From Bacteroidales bacterium (GTDB taxonomy: Bacteria > Bacteroidota > Bacteroidia > Bacteroidales > UBA10428), in contig JAFGTR010000136.1 in NCBI GenBank assembly GCA_016934055.1, positions 24,858 to 88,857 on the forward strand: 64,000 nt of DNA. Reading direction: 5' to 3'. Positions 59,161-64,000 of the stretch are shown here, one piece after another. The notes under the pieces were generated by a model. It had not been told where the DNA came from and ran no database searches. It worked only from the letters and a program-made list of their open reading frames with translations. Within the stretch, counting starts at the first letter, position 1, and the number at the start of each line of letters is the position of its first letter. The position numbers and the translations under genes are program-made.

Positions 59161-59583
59161 ATGAAGCCATCAGAATATGCCATTCTTGAACTGATACCCC
59201 AAAGACCGCCCTTTGTGATGATCGACCGGCTGGCTGAAGCCACTGAAAAATCAGCAAAAGGACAACTTTTCATTAAAGAAACCAATGTATTGTGTCATAA
59301 CGGAAGTTTTCAGGAAGCAGGTCTGATGGAATGCATTGCCCAGACAGCTGCAGCCTTTACCGGATACCGTCAGCTTTGTGCAAATAAGGAAATTGCACTG
59401 GGTTATATCGGCGCCATTAAAAACCTTGTCATCCATTCTTTACCACCGGCAAATACAGAAATTCAATCAGAGATCATCGTCGACAACGAATTGCTGGGTT
59501 ATACAATCGTTACGGGAAAAATCTTTCAGGATAAAACCCTGCTGGCCGAATGTGAGATGAGAATACTGCTGGACACGCCGTAG
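59161..59583 (+). CDS. Hot-dog fold 3-hydroxyacyl-ACP dehydratase (ApeP-like)
   Basis: LIPQRPPFVMID, ECIAQTAAA, GYIGAIK. Confidence 0.88.
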   Translation: MKPSEYAILELIPQRPPFVMIDRLAEATEKSAKGQLFIKETNVLCHNGSFQEAGLMECIAQTAAAFTGYRQLCANKEIALGYIGAIKNLVIHSLPPANTEIQSEIIVDNELLGYTIVTGKIFQDKTLLAECEMRILLDTP

Positions 59584-59759
59584 ATTGTCTGAATTTGGAT
59601 TATCAGGATTTGTGGATTTGCAGGATTGGCAAAGAACCACAGCTAAAGCCTGAGCATCACTTTCACTTTTGTTGTCATGCAGAATAAGGAAAATCGAATC
59701 TCGCTCCTGCCTGGCAGACAGGGAGTAACGGGGAAGCAAAAAAGTTACCCTTGCAGAAT

Positions 59760-60152
59760 TCAGGGGGCTTCCAGATACTCACCCCTGAAACTGCAGAAAA
59801 CTGTCGCTTCATGAAATACTTTTGCTTTACAGGACAACAGTTCGTCTTCTGTATCTTTCAGCCGCAGTTCTATATCGATTACCGGATTTGATTCAGGACT
59901 GATAAAGGCAATGTATTTAATGGTCCCGGCATTTTTCAGCATCAGGTTTTTCTTCAGATGATGTGACAACAATTCCTTCACAATCTGAATTGTGCAAACA
60001 CCTGGTAAAATCGGATTTCCCGGAAAATGGCCCTTAAAAATCTCATGAGAAGAATTCAACTTTACCCGCATTATGAGTACTTGATTAACACTGTCTTCCT
60101 GTATGTTTTCTATAGCATACAGGTCATTCAGAAACTGCTGCTTATTTTTCAT
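59760..60152 (-). CDS. FabZ-like dehydratase (ApeI-like)
   Basis: IFKGHFPGNPILPGVC. Confidence 0.88.
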   Translation of the reverse strand: MKNKQQFLNDLYAIENIQEDSVNQVLIMRVKLNSSHEIFKGHFPGNPILPGVCTIQIVKELLSHHLKKNLMLKNAGTIKYIAFISPESNPVIDIELRLKDTEDELLSCKAKVFHEATVFCSFRGEYLEAP

Positions 60153-60804
60153 GAAGTGCTGTTATATGGATATCCAGTTTCAATTTATAGTGTGAAATCA
60201 TCACAGAATCAATCAGATTATCTGTCATACCGTAAAACTGAAGGTTAACCTTTTTCCCTGTACACGAAGTCTGAATAATTGTATCCGCATTTGTTCTGTC
60301 TGCCCGCTTAAAATAATAACGGGCTCCCAACCCTGTTCTTTGCCTGAATATTATCCGGTCGTTCAGTGGATTTACATATGCCTTCATGTTTTTATCCTTA
60401 TCAGGCCTATGATAGATCATCAATGCCAAATCATTTTTCAGGGTTCTGACAACGGATTTTTTGTTCAAAGCATCAAGGCAGTAATGCAGATTGTAATCAC
60501 CATTCCTGAATAATTCCAGGTCAAAAATCTTAATGCCAAGCTCAGTGATAAAAAGTACCCTGTGGCTTTCATCCGAAACCGGCTTTATCACCATTAATCC
60601 GCTGAAATGGTTCCTGTAAAAATCAACATTGGCTTTGTATAAAACAGGATTATCTTCCCCCTGAAACCAGGGTGTAATTTCCACAGTCGTAAGGGCAGCT
60701 TCAGGCAATCGCTGAGTGTTGTTCAGCAAAGAGGCTGCACAACCGCCCAGCAAAAGAAGACAGAGGCTACTTAAAACTAAATTTTTCAAGAGGCACTTCA
60801 ACAT
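60142..60804 (-). CDS. Hypothetical lipoprotein of the pigment cluster
   Basis: Lipobox LLGGC; FSGLMVIK..ELGIKIFD. Confidence 0.75.
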   Translation of the reverse strand: MLKCLLKNLVLSSLCLLLLGGCAASLLNNTQRLPEAALTTVEITPWFQGEDNPVLYKANVDFYRNHFSGLMVIKPVSDESHRVLFITELGIKIFDLELFRNGDYNLHYCLDALNKKSVVRTLKNDLALMIYHRPDKDKNMKAYVNPLNDRIIFRQRTGLGARYYFKRADRTNADTIIQTSCTGKKVNLQFYGMTDNLIDSVMISHYKLKLDIHITALHEK

Positions 60805-61411
60805 TCAATTGCTTGTTGATGAAATCTATTTTGGTGTAGTCGTCTCCTGATTCGACCATTTTCAGGCCCGAGACTGTAAGATCATTCTTATCAAAAAATA
60901 TCTGTACCTCATTAAGCATTTCTTTCATTTTCTCAGCACGGGGTACCAGTTTAACAAAATACTGCCTGTTGTTTTCAAAATATGCAATAGCATAATCCTC
61001 GTCATTCTTAAGAAGTTCACCCTGGATACAGCCGCTGATAAACCGGTTCATTTCCTGGAACATCTTGTTTGACTGTATATCATACAGTTTTTGATTTTTC
61101 TCATCACGGGTAAACAATTGATTGTTGCTGATAATGATCAGGTATTGCGTTGGTTCGGTATATTCCCAACGGATATTGTTTTCTTTTTTGAAGAAGAATT
61201 GCCCTTTTGATATGATCTTTTCCGATAATACACTCAGGTTCTTTTCCTGGATAAAATCGCTGACGATGGTTTGTGTCGATTCAGACATGGTAACCAGCTT
61301 ATTTTTAAAGCCTTCAATATCACCCATCGGCATAAAGGATGTCTGGGCTGAAACCCTGCAGGCCAATAAGGTTAACACAAAACAAAAGGTATATGTTGCT
61401 GACTTATTCAT
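60767..61411 (-). CDS. LolA-like lipoprotein/lipid carrier
   Basis: SDFIQEK..SKGQFFFKK..IRWEYTEP..GDDYTKIDF. Confidence 0.88.
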   Translation of the reverse strand: MNKSATYTFCFVLTLLACRVSAQTSFMPMGDIEGFKNKLVTMSESTQTIVSDFIQEKNLSVLSEKIISKGQFFFKKENNIRWEYTEPTQYLIIISNNQLFTRDEKNQKLYDIQSNKMFQEMNRFISGCIQGELLKNDEDYAIAYFENNRQYFVKLVPRAEKMKEMLNEVQIFFDKNDLTVSGLKMVESGDDYTKIDFINKQLNVEVPLEKFSFK

Positions 61412-62177
61412 AGGCGTTAATGCTTAATAATTTGTCCAGTCGTTCAAAATGGTAATGCTTCTCCTTTGCAAAGTTGATGAATTTTTCCAAAACCGGAATA
61501 ATGTGCAAGCCGGTGTCATGAAAAAGAATGATTTCAGCGCTTTTTGTATTTTTTACGAGCCGGTTATAAAGCTTTTGTTCATCTTTTATAACAGTATCCT
61601 TTGACTTCAGGGTCCACCCGATGATAGTGTAATTCGTCTTTCGCAATGCCCTGGCCAGTGTCGGATTTGTAACTCCGTAAGGAGGCCGGAACAATTTTAT
61701 CTTTTTCTTTATAACACGTTGTATCAGCTTTTCTGTTTCAGTCAGTTCCTTCTTCATCCTTTTAGCAGAAAAAAGATCAAACATAAAATGATGGGAATAA
61801 CTGTGTCCGCCAATAATATGGCCTTCATTATCCATACGTTCGAGCAATCCGGGATGTTTTAATATCTTCGATCCTATGCAGAAAAATGCAACCTGCAAAT
61901 GGTGTTTCTTCAGCAAATCCAAAACCTGAGGCGTTACCTGATCATCAGGTCCGTCGTCGAAGGTTAATGCAATAACTTTCGCGGAAGAATCTGCCGAACA
62001 GATAACGTTCATGTAAAAGCCCGAACGAATGTTTACGGATCCATATGCCAGCAAGCCTGTTGTCACAATAATAATGCCACCATACCACCATATGCTTAAG
62101 GTGACAAAATAGTTAACAGCGGATATCAGGATAAGCATCAGAACGGCAGCAATGAGTATTTTATGATATTTCAGCAT
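61404..62177 (-). CDS. Polysaccharide deacetylase (CE4) family protein
   Basis: ALTFDDGP, HSYSH, FRPPYG, ILFHD. Confidence 0.92.
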   Translation of the reverse strand: MLKYHKILIAAVLMLILISAVNYFVTLSIWWYGGIIIVTTGLLAYGSVNIRSGFYMNVICSADSSAKVIALTFDDGPDDQVTPQVLDLLKKHHLQVAFFCIGSKILKHPGLLERMDNEGHIIGGHSYSHHFMFDLFSAKRMKKELTETEKLIQRVIKKKIKLFRPPYGVTNPTLARALRKTNYTIIGWTLKSKDTVIKDEQKLYNRLVKNTKSAEIILFHDTGLHIIPVLEKFINFAKEKHYHFERLDKLLSINAYE

Positions 62178-63238
62178 GTTGAAACTAAGAAAATCCCATG
62201 GTTCACGCTTCTGAGATGATTGTATATCAAAATGTTCTTCATTTTGCCAACAGGCTTGTCATCACATTTCAACACAACCGGCACTTGTTGTGTCTTGAGT
62301 ATCATCGATGCCAGGTAAAGGGCAAAAGACGAAGAGGTATCGTATTCGCCGCACAGATGCTTATAATAACCGCAGGGTAACCGGCTGAAAAGAGTCCGTC
62401 CCAGATGATGGTAAACTTCATCCGCCACACGATCACCGTTCATGCCTGTTATTACAAAGTCAACATTGGCAATATCTCCAAGATGGGTACTGACAAAATC
62501 TTGTATTTTTCTTTCAGCTTCAGCATGACTGTCAGGTTTGTAAAAAGTACTTACGGCATTTATCTTTGCCAGGGATTTTTCACTTTTACTCTCACTGAGC
62601 AGGAAAAAGGCAACACCCTCCCCTGGTAAGCTGCCATCATCTTTATAATCCAACAGCCTGAGGTTATCAAGGGATTGTTTTTTCCACAAGCCAAGGCGGC
62701 TTGTGATGGTATATGAATGGTCGGTTAATTCATCCAGTCCGCCCACCAGGACATTCGATGCAGAATGCTCCTGTAAAAGCATAAGTCCGTCAAGCAAGGC
62801 ATCTTCAAACGAAAAGCCCCGGTGCACAAAGGTGTTGTTGTAATTTTTACATTTCAGCATAAGCGCAATGGCAGCGGCAACGGTATTGTGTGTTGACTGG
62901 ATAAAGGGTGTCGGGTTAAGCAGTTTTTCTTCATTAGCATACAACGAGCCGAGGAATTTCTCGGTGTCGGCAATGCAACCCAGACCGGTACCGGTCACTA
63001 TTGCACCCGGATTATCAATGCCGGCATCACGCAGGCATTTCAAGGCAGCACAAACACCCATTTTGACAATGCGGCTCATGCGCCTTGATGCCATGGGATC
63101 CATAAAATCAATATAAGCAGGTTCAATGCATTTCAGATAATCTGCATGATGGTATGCCATGACCTCCTGCAGAAATCCTTCGCCGGTAAAAGTGTTTTGT
63201 GGTGATATGGCTCCAATGCTTTGTATATATGCCTTCAT
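62171..63238 (-). CDS. Beta-ketoacyl synthase chain-length factor
   Basis: RRMSR..GTGLGC..PTPFIQSTHN..SFEDAL; no catalytic TACSS motif. Confidence 0.85.
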   Translation of the reverse strand: MKAYIQSIGAISPQNTFTGEGFLQEVMAYHHADYLKCIEPAYIDFMDPMASRRMSRIVKMGVCAALKCLRDAGIDNPGAIVTGTGLGCIADTEKFLGSLYANEEKLLNPTPFIQSTHNTVAAAIALMLKCKNYNNTFVHRGFSFEDALLDGLMLLQEHSASNVLVGGLDELTDHSYTITSRLGLWKKQSLDNLRLLDYKDDGSLPGEGVAFFLLSESKSEKSLAKINAVSTFYKPDSHAEAERKIQDFVSTHLGDIANVDFVITGMNGDRVADEVYHHLGRTLFSRLPCGYYKHLCGEYDTSSSFALYLASMILKTQQVPVVLKCDDKPVGKMKNILIYNHLRSVNHGIFLVSTC

Positions 63239-63239
63239 T

Positions 63240-64000
63240 TTAACTCCCCGAAAATATTAAGCTCGTGTTATTGCCTCCGAATCCGAAAGAATTCGACATC
63301 ACATGCCTGACAGGCTTGTTGTATTGAAAATCTGTAACAGGAGAAAATGCCAGTTCAGTCATCTTTTGCCTGAAAAACAGGTTCGGATAGATCCATCGAT
63401 TCCGTATCGCCATCACGCATAAAACAGCTTCAATGGCGCCGGCAGCACCAAGTGTATGGCCGGTAAAGGATTTGGTTGAACTGCACAAAGGCACGTTTTT
63501 ATCAAATAGTCTTTCAATAGCTATCCCCTCAGACAGGTCATTGTTTTTAGTCCCGGTGCCATGCGCATTGATATAATCGATCCGGCCGGGTTCAAGTCCG
63601 GCAACATCAAGAGCCTTTTTCATCGACAGGTAGGCTCCTTCCCCTTCAGGTGAAGAAGCTGTCTGGTGAAAAGCATCACAGGCATTGCCATAACCGGTAA
63701 TTTCACACAATACTTCTTTATGATCTTTCCTGACCGACCTTTCAGATTCAATCACCAAGAATCCTGCCCCCTCTCCCAGGGTCAGTCCGTTCCTTTCCTC
63801 GTCAAAAGGCTTGCAACCGTTTTTGTCCAGTATCATCAGGCTGTTAAATCCATTCAGGGTAAACAGGGTGAGGGCATCAGTACCACCAACAATTACCCGG
63901 TCGAGTATGCCGTTTTTGATCAGCCTCGAGCCAAGCAATATGGCATTTGCCGAAGATGAACATGCCGTGCTGATGGTTGCCAAGTAGTCCTTTATGCCCA
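63240..64000 (-). CDS. Beta-ketoacyl-ACP synthase (5' end outside the window)
   Basis: ISTACSSS, INAHGTGT, STKSFTGHTLG, SNSFGFGG; frame stays open to the window end. Confidence 0.93.
   Translation of the reverse strand, partial: GIKDYLATISTACSSSANAILLGSRLIKNGILDRVIVGGTDALTLFTLNGFNSLMILDKNGCKPFDEERNGLTLGEGAGFLVIESERSVRKDHKEVLCEITGYGNACDAFHQTASSPEGEGAYLSMKKALDVAGLEPGRIDYINAHGTGTKNNDLSEGIAIERLFDKNVPLCSSTKSFTGHTLGAAGAIEAVLCVMAIRNRWIYPNLFFRQKMTELAFSPVTDFQYNKPVRHVMSNSFGFGGNNTSLIFSGS

Noticed and set aside
459-63959. Many short ORFs in the six-frame track (e.g. 3803-4192, 10256-10729, 27739-28137, 44721-45053, 55479-56027)
   Set aside because: Antisense or off-frame shadows of well-supported genes, with no recognisable motifs

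Overview
About 40% GC chromosomal segment from a Bacteroidota genome, most likely an anaerobic Bacteroidales. This rests on TAnnTTTG -7 promoter boxes, a DnaE with a fused N-terminal exonuclease, Bacteroidota-type sdhCAB, TonB and a T9SS-type C-terminal domain. The most notable part is a signalling locus at 1343-14906: CheR, a membrane GAF/coiled-coil/PAS sensor, a degenerate second CheR, a receiver-less CheB, a membrane GAF protein, a GAF-PAS-PAS-PP2C phosphatase, a SiaB-like kinase, a SiaC-like protein, a TerB-like/ABCG-type exporter and two exported proteins. It appears to couple chemotaxis-type glutamate methylation to a SiaABC-like Ser/Thr switch, with no CheA, CheW, CheY, MCP, histidine kinase or diguanylate cyclase in the window. 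A second Sia-like module (REC-PP2C, TPR-PP2C, SiaB, SiaC) lies at 31011-35013. The rest contains housekeeping genes (trxA, dnaE, tRNA-Ala(GGC), tonB, hflX, asd, sdhCAB, pepP, dusB), a split cobalamin methyltransferase pair, a flexirubin/aryl-polyene-type cluster (48343 to beyond the window end), and several small non-coding repeats or MITE-like elements. One of these is a ~165-bp leader cassette shared by two unrelated genes. All assignments come from motif recognition by eye; no database searches were run.
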